Positions 21,423 to 31,208 of a DNA stretch of 64,000 nucleotides are shown here, one piece after another. Numbering within the stretch: position 1 is the stretch's first letter; each line of letters begins with the position of its first letter. Under the pieces are notes generated by a model. The model saw nothing but the letters and a program-made list of their open reading frames with translations, ran no database searches and had not been told where the DNA came from. The stretch is from Candidatus Zixiibacteriota bacterium (GTDB lineage: Bacteria > Zixibacteria > MSB-5A5 > GN15 > FEB-12), in the NCBI GenBank assembly GCA_017999435.1, contig JAGNLV010000001.1, positions 794,993-858,992 on the forward strand, in the 5' to 3' direction. A program made the position numbers and the translations under genes.

Positions 21423-22763
21423 ATGACCGAGCCTGTCGACGCCCCGAGGAAAACAAAAGTCATCCGCCTCCAGACGGTCGGCTGCCGCCTCAACCAGTAT
21501 GAAACCGAGCGGATGGCGGCCAAGCTCTACCCGTTCGGTTTTCGGCGGGCCGCTGACGGCGAGCCGGCCGACCTCACCGTCATCAACACCTGCACCGTCA
21601 CCCATCGCGCCGATGCCGACTGCCGCCGCCTCATCCGCCAGGCCGCCCGCCGCAATCCCCACGGCCGCATCGTCGTCGTCGGCTGCTACGTCGACCACGA
21701 CCCCGAGGTGATCGCCGGCCTTGAAGGAGTTGACGTCATCGTCCCCAACCGCGACAAAGACGCCATCGACCGCATCCTTCCCGCCCGTCTGCCCGACCTG
21801 TTCCGCGAGGCGCCCGACCTCTCCTGCTCCCCCTTCATCGAGGATTTCCACAATCGCAACCGCGCCTGGGTGAAAATATCGGACGGCTGCAATCAGTGGT
21901 GCTCTTTCTGCATCGTCGCCATCGTCCGCGGCCGGCTGGCCAACCGTCCCGCCGCCGACATCGCCGCCGAAATCAACGCCCTTGCCGCCCAGGGCTACCG
22001 CGAGATCGTCCTCACCGGCGTCAACATCGGCTACTACCGCGACCGGGGGCGCGAACCGCAGATCCGTTCGCTTGCCGGCCTCTGCCGGTTCCTCCTCGCC
22101 GAGACCGATCTCGCCCGCCTGCGCCTGTCATCGGTCGAGCCGCAGGCGGTCAAGGACGACCTCATCGAGGTCTTTGCCGAATCGCGCGGCCGCCTCTGCC
22201 GCCACTTCCATCTCCCCCTCCAGTCCGCCTCAAGCGAAATTCTCTGCGCCATGCGCCGCCCTTACAACCAGGCCATTTACGTCCAGCGCGCCTCGCGCCT
22301 CAAAGCGGCCGTCCCCGGCACCACCATCGGCGCCGACGTCATCGTCGGATTCCCCGGCGAGACCGAGGAGCACTTCGAGCAGACGCGCCGCCTGGCCGCC
22401 TCCGGTTTGATCGACTACCTCCACGTGTTCAGCTACAGCGACCGTCCCGGCACGGCCGCGGCCGCCTTGGAGGGCAAGGTTCCGGCCGCGGAAGTCCGCC
22501 GCCGCAACCGGATTCTCGCCGACCTCTCGCGGCGGCTCCAGCGCGCCAACCTCGAACGCCAGGTCGGCCGGACGCTGGAGGTCATCGCCGAGCACAGAAG
22601 CGAGCCCGACGGCGCCTACTTTGCCCTCTCCGACAACTATCTTCGGGTGAAACTCCCCGCTTCCGCCTACCGGGAGCGGGCGCTCGTGCCCGTGGCCGTC
22701 ACCGCCGCGCGCGAGGACTACCTCGAGGGGATTCCCGTCGGTTCGCCCGCGCCGCCGGCCTAA
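21423..22763 (+). CDS. mtaB: tRNA t6A37 methylthiotransferase, radical-SAM MiaB/RimO/MtaB family
   Basis: 446 aa. MTTase N-domain cysteines GCRLNQ...NTCTVT...VGCY. Radical-SAM motif CNQWCSFC. C-terminal TRAM-like region. Confidence 0.75.
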   Translation: MTEPVDAPRKTKVIRLQTVGCRLNQYETERMAAKLYPFGFRRAADGEPADLTVINTCTVTHRADADCRRLIRQAARRNPHGRIVVVGCYVDHDPEVIAGLEGVDVIVPNRDKDAIDRILPARLPDLFREAPDLSCSPFIEDFHNRNRAWVKISDGCNQWCSFCIVAIVRGRLANRPAADIAAEINALAAQGYREIVLTGVNIGYYRDRGREPQIRSLAGLCRFLLAETDLARLRLSSVEPQAVKDDLIEVFAESRGRLCRHFHLPLQSASSEILCAMRRPYNQAIYVQRASRLKAAVPGTTIGADVIVGFPGETEEHFEQTRRLAASGLIDYLHVFSYSDRPGTAAAALEGKVPAAEVRRRNRILADLSRRLQRANLERQVGRTLEVIAEHRSEPDGAYFALSDNYLRVKLPASAYRERALVPVAVTAAREDYLEGIPVGSPAPPA

Positions 22764-22832
22764 ACAACGCAGCCACCCTCGATGGCTCGAGGGTGGCTGC
22801 CGTACGTTTCGAACTGGGGCGCTGCGAAGTCC

Positions 22833-25800
22833 CTACTTCAGCAGCACCATCTTCTTCGTCTGGGTGAACGCTCCCGCCGTCAGACGATAGAAATACGTCC
22901 CCGACGCCATCGCGCTCGCATCCCACGTCACCGTGTGCGAACCCTGCGCCAGCGGACCGTCGACCAGCGTCGCCACCGTCTGCCCCAGCAGGTTGATCAC
23001 CTTCAGCTTCACCGGACCGGCGGCCGCCAACGTGAAGCTGATCGCCGTCGTCGGGTTGAACGGGTTCGGATAGTTCTGCGCCAACCCGTAGGACAGCGGC
23101 AGCGCGCCGCCTGCTTCCCGCGTCAGCGCACTCAGCCGCACCCGGTCGCCCTGGTCCGTCCACACCAGCGGTGTCGCCACCCGCTCCCCGTTGACCGTCA
23201 GCGTCAACCTCTCCCCCGCTTTCGGGTACTGCGCCGTCGTCGCGCTCGTCGCGTCATACCCGTACACCGGCGTGAACCGCAGCAGACCGTCGCTGTACCG
23301 GCCGACGCCGCAGCGCACCCCGCTCGCTCCGAACACTTCGAAGACCGCGTCCCCGAGCGCCGCGCCGTCCAGGGTCAGGTTCGACCCATAGAGCGACAAC
23401 CACGTCCGCGAGGGCGGCACCTCGGGCGCCGCCGCCGCCGTCCGCGGCAGGAGCGGCGGCACCGGGCCCGTCCAGCCGGGATAGAGCAGCGTACCCCCGC
23501 ACTCACCTTTCAGCCAGTAGCCGAACCCCGGACCCATGGTCGCGAGCGTATTGTACGGATCATCCCCCGGCACGTGTATCAAACCGCCGCCGTCAAACCC
23601 GACCGCCACCATCAGGCAACCGTAGACCGAGGCCAGGGCGTCCGGCGGCGCCAGCTCCTCCGTCGGCCAGTACGACACCAGGTTCCAGTCCGGCCACATC
23701 GTGATGAAATCGGTCGGATCCACCCGCGGTCCGCAAATGTCGAACGTGATCGGGCAGTTCAGCAGGAACCAGTACCCGAAGTGGTAGTCGAGACCGTGGA
23801 GCGTCGAGAATTCCGGAAGGTCCGGATCGTACGTCTGCGCCCCCCGGTCGAACCCGAGGATCACTTCGATGCACGGCCCCGGCTTTCCCAACAGCGCGAA
23901 AAAGTCCTCGATCGACCCGCTCCACTCCCGGTTCCACGAAATCAGGTGCCACCCGGCATCGAGCGTGAACGTCTGGCAGGTGGTGAACGCGCACACCTCG
24001 AATCCGTCGCCGTTGGCGGTCCAGTAGACCTCCGGGTCGGCCTGCGCCTCAACGCCGTTGATGAAGAACGTGATCAGGTCGCCCGGCTCCGCCCCCTGGT
24101 CGCCCGGATTGTACGGCTCCTCGCGGTAGATCGGCATGAATCCGAACGATCCGTCCGGCCTCACGACGTCCATCCCGCACAGCACCCCGTCCGGATCATA
24201 CGCCCGGATCACATCCCCCGGCGAAAGCGGCACGCCGTTCAACAGCGGATAGCCGCAGTACACGTTGATCCACTCGTTGGTCGGCACCGGCTCGTCGCCG
24301 TCGCCGCACGAATCGGTCAGCGGTCCGTACTGCGCCATCACGCCGAAATTGTCCCAGGCCCGCACGACGTAGTCGAACCATCCCGCGGTCACTTCCGATG
24401 GGATCACGCCCTCCCAATTCGACCCGCCGGTGTTCGCCATCAGCACACTGTCGTACAGGATATCCCCCGCCTGGCGGTAGAACAGCACCGCGTGGTCAAC
24501 GTAGTCGAGGGTATCGGTGATCAGCGCCGCCACCACGGCATCGCCGCCCGCCTCGCAGTCGACCGCGACGCCGGTGATCTCCGGGGCGTAGTTGGGACAG
24601 ATCGCCACCGCGTACGGGTAGTTCTGCGGGTTTGCCGCGGGCACCGACACCGTCGCCTCGCCGTCCGAGGCCGTCACGTAGTAGTCGATCCCCGACGTGC
24701 CGAGGGGCAGCAAACCGCCCGGAATGGTGTAGCAGTACTCATTTCCGCCGGCGCTGACCATGGCCGCCGAGTTGTACGGACCCACCGCCGGGTTGGCATA
24801 GCGCCAGAACAGCGTCACGTTGCTCAGGAACGGAGCGCAGGTGTCGGCGACGAGCGCACAAACGGACAGCCCCGTCGCCGCCGGCTGGCAGACCGCTTCC
24901 AGGTCGATCGTCGCCTGCGTCCGCACGATCACCGGCGGACAGGGCTCGTTGTACCAGCCCGTATCGCAGGGTGTGCACAGAGTCCCGCCCTGGCAGACCA
25001 CGACCTGGTGCTGCGTGCCGTCCATTACCGTGTCCGGACTCGTGAACGTGATCAGGTAACGGCTGCACAGCGTTGTCTTGATCCGCGAGTAAAGCGAGTC
25101 GATATCCGCGGCCGAAGGTGCGTGCATGTAGTATCCGCCGGATCCGCCGGCAAAGGCGATCAGCGGATCCGCCCACGCCCCGGAGCCCACCGTGATCCCG
25201 TACAGCGGGATCCCGGCCGCCAGCGCCTTGTTCACGATGATCACTGAATCGTCGGCATAGGTGCCGTCGTAGTAGCTTCCGTCGGGCGGGTACCCGCAGA
25301 CGTCGCTGTTATTCTCACCGCCGTCGGTGAATGAAATCACAGCGCGGGCGCCCTGCTGGGGAGCAGTGATATCCTCGCCCAGCCAGATACCGTCGAACAG
25401 GGCGGTCGAACCGGAGGCGATCAGGCTGGTGATACGCGAAAGCAGCAGCGTCGTGTCGCTGGTAAAATCCTGCAGCACCGACGTGCAGCTCGAGAAGGGC
25501 ACGAGCGCCACCCGGTCAAAAGCGTCCATGTTGCGCACGAACTGCCGGGCTGCATTTTTCGCCAACTCCATTGCCCCGTACGATGCCATGCTCCCGCTCT
25601 GGTCAATCACAAGGCAGATCGCGGTCGGGCACCCCTGCGATCCGACCTCCGTTACCTGGAAGGGGACCGGCGCTCCGTCCTGCGTCACGCAGAAATCCCC
25701 CGCCGTCAGCCCCGGAATTGGGTACCCCGAATTGTCCAGCACGTCCACGTACATCTCGATGATCGGGTAGCTGGAGGGATCGAGCGTGATATTTACGGCC

Positions 25801-25949
25801 GTGTCAGCGGCAAAAGTCGACGCCACGAGCGGCCCCGGCGTAATCCTGCTCATGTCGAACTGATCGTCCGGCGGGCCGATTATCTGGGCCGCAAACACCG
25901 CCGCGGCCGCCGCCAAGAGCGCCACACTGCCAAGAACAAATCTCTTCAT
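22833..25949 (-). CDS. large secreted VWA-domain protein with T9SS C-terminal sorting domain
   Basis: 1038 aa. Signal peptide. VWA MIDAS motif CLVIDQSGSM...FTDGGEN. C-terminal NYPNPFNPTTAISF...GTYFYRL...KKMVLLK. Confidence 0.7.
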   Translation of the reverse strand: MKRFVLGSVALLAAAAAVFAAQIIGPPDDQFDMSRITPGPLVASTFAADTAVNITLDPSSYPIIEMYVDVLDNSGYPIPGLTAGDFCVTQDGAPVPFQVTEVGSQGCPTAICLVIDQSGSMASYGAMELAKNAARQFVRNMDAFDRVALVPFSSCTSVLQDFTSDTTLLLSRITSLIASGSTALFDGIWLGEDITAPQQGARAVISFTDGGENNSDVCGYPPDGSYYDGTYADDSVIIVNKALAAGIPLYGITVGSGAWADPLIAFAGGSGGYYMHAPSAADIDSLYSRIKTTLCSRYLITFTSPDTVMDGTQHQVVVCQGGTLCTPCDTGWYNEPCPPVIVRTQATIDLEAVCQPAATGLSVCALVADTCAPFLSNVTLFWRYANPAVGPYNSAAMVSAGGNEYCYTIPGGLLPLGTSGIDYYVTASDGEATVSVPAANPQNYPYAVAICPNYAPEITGVAVDCEAGGDAVVAALITDTLDYVDHAVLFYRQAGDILYDSVLMANTGGSNWEGVIPSEVTAGWFDYVVRAWDNFGVMAQYGPLTDSCGDGDEPVPTNEWINVYCGYPLLNGVPLSPGDVIRAYDPDGVLCGMDVVRPDGSFGFMPIYREEPYNPGDQGAEPGDLITFFINGVEAQADPEVYWTANGDGFEVCAFTTCQTFTLDAGWHLISWNREWSGSIEDFFALLGKPGPCIEVILGFDRGAQTYDPDLPEFSTLHGLDYHFGYWFLLNCPITFDICGPRVDPTDFITMWPDWNLVSYWPTEELAPPDALASVYGCLMVAVGFDGGGLIHVPGDDPYNTLATMGPGFGYWLKGECGGTLLYPGWTGPVPPLLPRTAAAAPEVPPSRTWLSLYGSNLTLDGAALGDAVFEVFGASGVRCGVGRYSDGLLRFTPVYGYDATSATTAQYPKAGERLTLTVNGERVATPLVWTDQGDRVRLSALTREAGGALPLSYGLAQNYPNPFNPTTAISFTLAAAGPVKLKVINLLGQTVATLVDGPLAQGSHTVTWDASAMASGTYFYRLTAGAFTQTKKMVLLK

Positions 25950-26381
25950 GATTCATACTCCCCTGAACAACTGGTGACCAGTACTCTCTATTTCCCTGTT
26001 GCGTGTCTGATAGCATTATGGGCCCGTCTCGCGGGCACTTGGCGTTGTTCTACGCTGCGGCACCCTCCTCCTTTCTCCCGACGCCTCGCGGCGCCTGGTC
26101 GAAACGTGATCCAAAGTACACTTGTCTATAAGACCTTCAATCGCGAGAACTCTGTGACGATGACTGCACCTTCCGGACGCCCTGCTTCACCTTCAATCTG
26201 CGCGGCCTCTCGCCTTCCCGGCGCCTCGCCGGCCGCCGAAAAACCGCACCTACGTATTCGCAATGCCTGATGTATGGATTACGATAGTGTTCCCGCGCCC
26301 GCCGGTCAAGGCAAATTTGCGGATAAATCGGTCTATTTCGGCCCTCGGCCCGCCGCTCCCGGCCGGGACCGCCCGCCGGCC

Positions 26382-26417
26382 AAAAAAGAAAGCCCGCGGA
26401 CACCGGGGTCCGCGGGC
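26382..26417 (-). terminator. Rho-independent terminator for the lipoprotein gene 26447..27913
   Basis: 10-bp perfect stem gcccgcggac / gtccgcgggc. It is flanked by aaaaaagaaa on the plus strand, which is a U-run on the minus-strand transcript. Confidence 0.65.
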
Positions 26418-26446
26418 TTGTCGATTCCGTGATTACGGGTTCCTGC

Positions 26447-27913
26447 TCAGTCGCAGGGCGCCGCGTACGGATCATTGTCGCAATGGCCGGGGCCAATGCA
26501 GCCGTTGTTGTAGTCGTCGAGCAGGCCCACCCAGCGGTTGACCATGTTCTTGTTCGCTTTCGACAGCGAGTCCCAATCCATCCAGTTGTACATCGCCAGG
26601 AAAGCGTCGGCGTCGGCGATAGCCGTGCCGAGGTCATCGGCGCTCGCCCCCGCGGCCACGTTCAGCTTCGCGGCCAGCAGGTGGCAGTACAGCTTGAGGA
26701 TGCCGTTCGAGCTGCTTCCCCACGTCCGGCCGAGCAATTCCACCGCCGTCTGGGCGTTGGTGACGTGGATGCTCTTGGCGCCCATAGGCGTGCCGAGCCA
26801 GATCGGGAGGTACTGGGTGACCATGTCCGGCTGCGGGCCGAATCCGGACCAGTTCTTCCAGTAACCGGGCGTCCGCGTGCAGCCTTCCTGCTCCGGCATG
26901 TAGATCCCGGCGTCCCAGGTCCGGTCGATTTCACCGGCCACCAGCTCCGTGCAGATCGTCGTGCCGTTCGCATCCACATCCGAATCCACCGCATCATCGG
27001 CGCCCTGGTCCTGCAGCGTCCAGACATAGCCGGCCGGCAGCACGAAGTGGATGTTGTAGTGGCCCGGCTGCAGCTCGTCGAACAGGTAGTACCCGTTCGC
27101 GTCCGTCAGCATCTCGTCGAGGACGTTCCCCTCACAATCCATCAACTGCACGGTCACGCCCGGAACGCCCATCTCGCCGGCGTCCTGGATGCCGTTCATG
27201 TTGTCGTCGTACCACACGAAGTCGCCGATCGCGCAGAGCGGCGGCGGCGTCACTTCGAGCTCGAAGTACAGGAGGGTCTGCTTCTCCACCGGGGTCCCGT
27301 CAAGGTACGGCCGGCCGGTGAAGAGAAGGATGTTCTCGCCGAAATTGGTGTTCGGATCGTACTCGGAAATGTACGTGTCCTCCGTGATCACGATCGTGTC
27401 GCAGTAGACGGTCGGATCGGCGCCGATCGTGTAGCAGAACTCGATCCACGGATCTTCCGTCGGGAAGTCAGCGCTTTCGCTCGAGGCGTAAATCGACCGC
27501 GGGGTCTGATCGTCGGCCTCGTCCAGCAGAATCCCGTAGTTGGCGTAGGTCCCGTTCATCCAGGCCTGCACCAGCGAGGTCACGTCGGTCGTCTGCCAGC
27601 CGGCATCGGTCATGAAACCGTCAACCACGGCCGCATCGAAGGCCGCGCCGAACGAGTTCCAGGTGACCGTCATCTCATCCCAGGCCGCGGTGACCCGGTG
27701 CGCCGTGACCGGATGGTTCGTCGCGCCCACAACATAGATGTGCAGCGTCGCCGACTCCAGCGCCGCATCGATCGGCAACGCATACGAGGCCGTCAGCGGC
27801 ATGTTGGTCTGCGGCTCCACCGGACCCTTGCTGCAGCCGGCAACCACCAGCGCCAGCATGAACACCGGAACCAGAACCTTCATCATCTTGCGCATTCGCA
27901 TCTCCTTACTCAA
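26447..27913 (-). CDS. lipoprotein with DNRLRE domain and SdrD B-like (Cna-B/carboxypeptidase-regulatory-like) domain
   Basis: 488 aa. Lipobox LALVVAGCS. LHIYVVGATNHPVTAHRVTAAWDEMTVTWNSF resembles DNRLRE. GDFVWYDDNMNGIQDAGEMGVPGVTVQLMD...GYYLFDELQPGHY resembles an SdrD B repeat. Cys-rich C-terminus. No T9SS CTD. Confidence 0.55.
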   Translation of the reverse strand: MSKEMRMRKMMKVLVPVFMLALVVAGCSKGPVEPQTNMPLTASYALPIDAALESATLHIYVVGATNHPVTAHRVTAAWDEMTVTWNSFGAAFDAAVVDGFMTDAGWQTTDVTSLVQAWMNGTYANYGILLDEADDQTPRSIYASSESADFPTEDPWIEFCYTIGADPTVYCDTIVITEDTYISEYDPNTNFGENILLFTGRPYLDGTPVEKQTLLYFELEVTPPPLCAIGDFVWYDDNMNGIQDAGEMGVPGVTVQLMDCEGNVLDEMLTDANGYYLFDELQPGHYNIHFVLPAGYVWTLQDQGADDAVDSDVDANGTTICTELVAGEIDRTWDAGIYMPEQEGCTRTPGYWKNWSGFGPQPDMVTQYLPIWLGTPMGAKSIHVTNAQTAVELLGRTWGSSSNGILKLYCHLLAAKLNVAAGASADDLGTAIADADAFLAMYNWMDWDSLSKANKNMVNRWVGLLDDYNNGCIGPGHCDNDPYAAPCD

Positions 27914-28240
27914 AGCGGTTTGGTTGAATGATCTTGTGTCTAGGTAAGTCGTTTACTGTCTGTTACTTTCACACGGCGGACCGTAACCGCAGTCCGGGCC
28001 CTCTTCACCCGGAGAACTTCTAACCCCCGACGGCCAACCTTGACCCTGCCACTGCGCGGTAGCTGCTCACGTTCTTGGGAAGTCTGAGACGATCCGTCCC
28101 TGGCTCGTCGTTGCCCTGCCGGCGCCCCGCCGTTTATTTCGTCTGCCGATTCCCGGTGTGGCTCCGCCGGGACCTTTTCCGTGTCCGTCTGCGGCGCCGC
28201 CGGATAAGCAGCCGGAGAGCGCTTTGTTGAGACTTTGTAA

Positions 28241-28246
28241 TATAAT
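28241..28246 (+). promoter_or_regulatory. candidate -10 box (TATAAT) in an AT-rich divergent intergenic region
   Basis: tataat preceded by ttgttgagactttgtaa. Lies ~335 nt upstream of the FN3 gene ATG. No good -35 at the canonical spacing. Confidence 0.25.
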
Positions 28247-28581
28247 GTCCCGAACCGTTTTAGGCAAGCGAAAAGATCCATCTCGCAGGCGGAAATACTC
28301 CTTTTAGCCTCGGTCTAAAGTTCCCAGAATTAGTCCTAATTCTCCTCCAAACCGTATGGAGCGAATCTCATGCCGATTTCCGCTGCCGCCCACCCTTCCT
28401 GCGCACATTCTGTGCAATGCACTGGAATCAAACAGAAAAATCCGTCAACCCACCTCTCCGGGATCCCTATCGGGCGTGCAAAGTCTTGCCACAGTTTGGC
28501 TTGCAAATTCACTTCGGGATGGTCCGGACTTTGCATACTCTCCCCCGGTCAGGCAAGCAAGTCTTTCGTTTCGGAGGTGAG

Positions 28582-29994
28582 ATGAACACGTCGCGACTTA
28601 CCCGCGCCCCTCTGGCGCTCCCCGTACCCACGCTGCTCCTTACCCTCGCCCTTCTGGCGGTGGCGGCCCCGCGCCTCACGGCCGCCGTGACCGCCTCCGC
28701 CGCCGGCGTCAATTCGATCACCCTCACCTGGACCGCCCCCGGCGATGACGGCGTGTCAGGCCGCGCCGCGCAGTACGATGTCCGGTACTCCCTGTCCCCG
28801 ATCACGAATGCCACCTGGGCCTCGGCATCGCAGGCGACCGGCGAGCCGGCGCCGGCGGCCGCCGGGTCGGCGGAGATCTTCACCGTCACCGGCCTCAACT
28901 CCGGCACTACGTACTATTTTGCGGTCAAGACCGCTGATGAGGCGCTCAACTGGTCGGCCCTGTCGAACGTCGCCTCCGGGACCACCGCGGTAGCGGGCGA
29001 CGCATCCTCCCCGGCCGCCGTCACCAACCTCATCGTGGTCGCCCCCACCACGACCTCGCTCACGCTGGTCTGGACCGCTCCCGGCGACGATGGCGCGGTC
29101 GGCACGGCCTCCCGGTATGACATCCGCTACTCGACTCTGCCGATCTCCAACGGCGTCACCTGGAACATGGCCACGCAGCTGGTTTCCGAGCCGTCGCCTT
29201 CCCCGGCCGGCGCCGCCGAGACGCTGACGGTCGCCGGCCTGGCCGAGGCCACTACCTACTACTTCGCCCTGAAGACGGCCGACGAGGTGCCCAACTGGTC
29301 GACGATCTCAAACTGCCCTTCCGGAATCACCGCCGCCGACGCCGCGCCGCCGGCCGCAGTTGTCGACCTTCGCGCCTCCTCCGGCGATGCCGACAGCACG
29401 ATCGACGTTGTCTGGACGGCCACGGGCGACGATGGCCTTCTGGGCACGGCGGCCGCGTACGAAGTCCGCTACTCCCGCACTGCCATATCCGAGAGCAACT
29501 GGTCGGCGGCGACCCTCTGGCCCTCCGTCATCACCCCTCTCGCCTCCGGCCTCGAGCAGCGGGTCACCCTCACCGGCCTTCAGCCCGGCGAAGTCTACTA
29601 TGTCGCCCTGAAGGCGTACGATGACGCGGCCAACGTCTCGCCGCTCTCGAATGTCGACACCGGCGTCGCCAAATACGGCATAGCTTCCGACGTCGATCCC
29701 GACGAGACTCTCCCCGGCGGTTACGTGCTGGACCAGAACTTCCCGAATCCGTTCAACCCGACCACGTCTATCCGTTTCAGTGTGCCGGCCGCCGGCCGCG
29801 CCGAACTGACCGTCTACAACACCGCCGGCCAGGAGGTGACCCGTCTGGTTGACGGCGCCCTCGCCGCCGGCGAGCATACGGTGACATGGGACGGCCGCGA
29901 TCGCACGGGATACCCGGTTGCCTCCGGCGTCTACTACTACCGCCTCGCCGCCGGCGACCAGCAGCACACCAAGAAAATGGTTCTGCTGAAGTAG
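28582..29994 (+). CDS. secreted protein with three tandem FN3-like repeats and T9SS C-terminal sorting domain
   Basis: Trimmed to MNTSRLTRAPLALPV (SD ggaggtga upstream). Three ~110-aa repeats (LTLxWTAPGDDG...YDxRYS...TYYFAxKTADE..NWS). C-terminal NFPNPFNPTTSIRF...GVYYYRL...KKMVLLK. Confidence 0.7.
   Translation: MNTSRLTRAPLALPVPTLLLTLALLAVAAPRLTAAVTASAAGVNSITLTWTAPGDDGVSGRAAQYDVRYSLSPITNATWASASQATGEPAPAAAGSAEIFTVTGLNSGTTYYFAVKTADEALNWSALSNVASGTTAVAGDASSPAAVTNLIVVAPTTTSLTLVWTAPGDDGAVGTASRYDIRYSTLPISNGVTWNMATQLVSEPSPSPAGAAETLTVAGLAEATTYYFALKTADEVPNWSTISNCPSGITAADAAPPAAVVDLRASSGDADSTIDVVWTATGDDGLLGTAAAYEVRYSRTAISESNWSAATLWPSVITPLASGLEQRVTLTGLQPGEVYYVALKAYDDAANVSPLSNVDTGVAKYGIASDVDPDETLPGGYVLDQNFPNPFNPTTSIRFSVPAAGRAELTVYNTAGQEVTRLVDGALAAGEHTVTWDGRDRTGYPVASGVYYYRLAAGDQQHTKKMVLLK
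28681..29680. repeat. intragenic tandem repeat, 3 copies of ~330-339 nt (encoding the FN3-like modules)
   Basis: The DNA-level period is visible. ctggaccgcccccggcgatgacggcgtg, ctggaccgctcccggcgacgatggcgcg and ctggacggccacgggcgacgatggcc recur at ~28727, ~29070 and ~29412. Confidence 0.55.
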
Positions 29995-30354
29995 GGGGAT
30001 GAGCTTGAGCGGAGCCTGCGTTGCCAACCCAGCAGAGAGGATGATGCGCATATGAGCATACCGAAACCGAGGCCGATGATTCTGCTCACCCAGGGGGCCA
30101 ATTCGAAGACGGTCGTGCTGATGAAGAGCCCGGCCCAGCCGCCGCGAGGAGGCTCGTTGACGCTGAAGTGGCCGGCCTGACCGCGGCACGGGATCGCCGC
30201 TCGGAATTTGAAGGTTCGGACCTGCGTGCCGAAAATTAATGGGCGTGCGCACGGGCCTGGGGGCAACGAGAGCCGCGTGTACGTGCTGACGATGATCCGG
30301 CATGGGAAGCCGCCGGTGAAGTGACCCGCTTGCCTACTGCCTTCTTGTGGCACA

Positions 30355-30395
30355 GCCCGATGGCGGTCTCACCCCGCCATCGGGCTTTTGATTTG
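30355..30395 (+). terminator. strong Rho-independent terminator ~360 nt downstream of the FN3 gene
   Basis: Perfect 12-bp stem gcccgatggcgg / ccgccatcgggc, loop tctcacc, followed by ttttgatttg. Confidence 0.65.
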
Positions 30396-30593
30396 CCGGG
30401 AGGCATTGAGCACTCGATCAGTTCGACGGAGGACGGGAGCCTGCAGGGTCACGCCATCGAGCGCGGGGGTAGCTCACCCATGGCGCCGCGTGGGGAGATG
30501 GAGGACCAGGTTCTCCGACAGCATTGACTCGCTCGGCCGCCAATCACGTCATCGACCGCCCGCGCGGCTCGCCGCCCCTCTCCGCAAGGTACC

Positions 30594-31208
30594 CTATTCC
30601 GCCGCTCGCGGCGCCACCGGCACAAAGTACACCCGGTCCTCCGCGAGTGCCGCCCAGTACGACTCCACGTGAATCCCGGCGAAGTCCCGGACGATCGTCT
30701 GCGCCGCGTGGCGCAGATCGAGTTTCCCCTTCACCGGCACCTCCACCGTCGGGTGATACCCCTTCATCGACCGATACCACAGGCAGTCCTCGTGGTTGAT
30801 GATGATCACGCGACGGAGGTTCTGCTGCCGGGTGAAGAACTTCACCTGCTCCCACAGCACCTTGAAATTCTTGGGCAGGAAGACCTGCGCGCCGAAAGCG
30901 TGCGCCCCGCCCCCGACGACGATCGGCGTGTAGGTGCGGATGCCGAGTTCCTCGGTCACGAACCGCCGGAACGCAGTCTGAAAGCGCGGATCGCCGCAAT
31001 GGATCACGAGCGCTTCGGGAGCTCGCGTGTCGAGCTGGTACATCGGCCGCCCGTCCGACCGGATGACATCGGCCTCGACCTCCTCCGGCGCCCCGTCCTC
31101 GCGGGGCGGAGCGCCCGGGGGTCCGTCGGACGGATCCGGCTCGGCCGGCCGATACGAGATGACGTCGTCGGCCAGCGCGGCATTTTTCAAAAATCGCCGC
31201 CGTTTCAT
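30594..31208 (-). CDS. hypothetical protein co-transcribed with flotillin (CxDxR ... HxxC motif pair)
   Basis: 204 aa. ATGA overlap with the flotillin stop. N-terminus MKRRRFLK. LVIHCGDPRF and VIIINHEDCLWY are spaced ~70 aa apart. Confidence 0.5.
   Translation of the reverse strand: MKRRRFLKNAALADDVISYRPAEPDPSDGPPGAPPREDGAPEEVEADVIRSDGRPMYQLDTRAPEALVIHCGDPRFQTAFRRFVTEELGIRTYTPIVVGGGAHAFGAQVFLPKNFKVLWEQVKFFTRQQNLRRVIIINHEDCLWYRSMKGYHPTVEVPVKGKLDLRHAAQTIVRDFAGIHVESYWAALAEDRVYFVPVAPRAAE

Noticed and set aside
22782-25247. 821-aa plus-strand ORF
   Set aside because: Antisense to the VWA/T9SS gene, which has a signal peptide, a MIDAS motif and a CTD.
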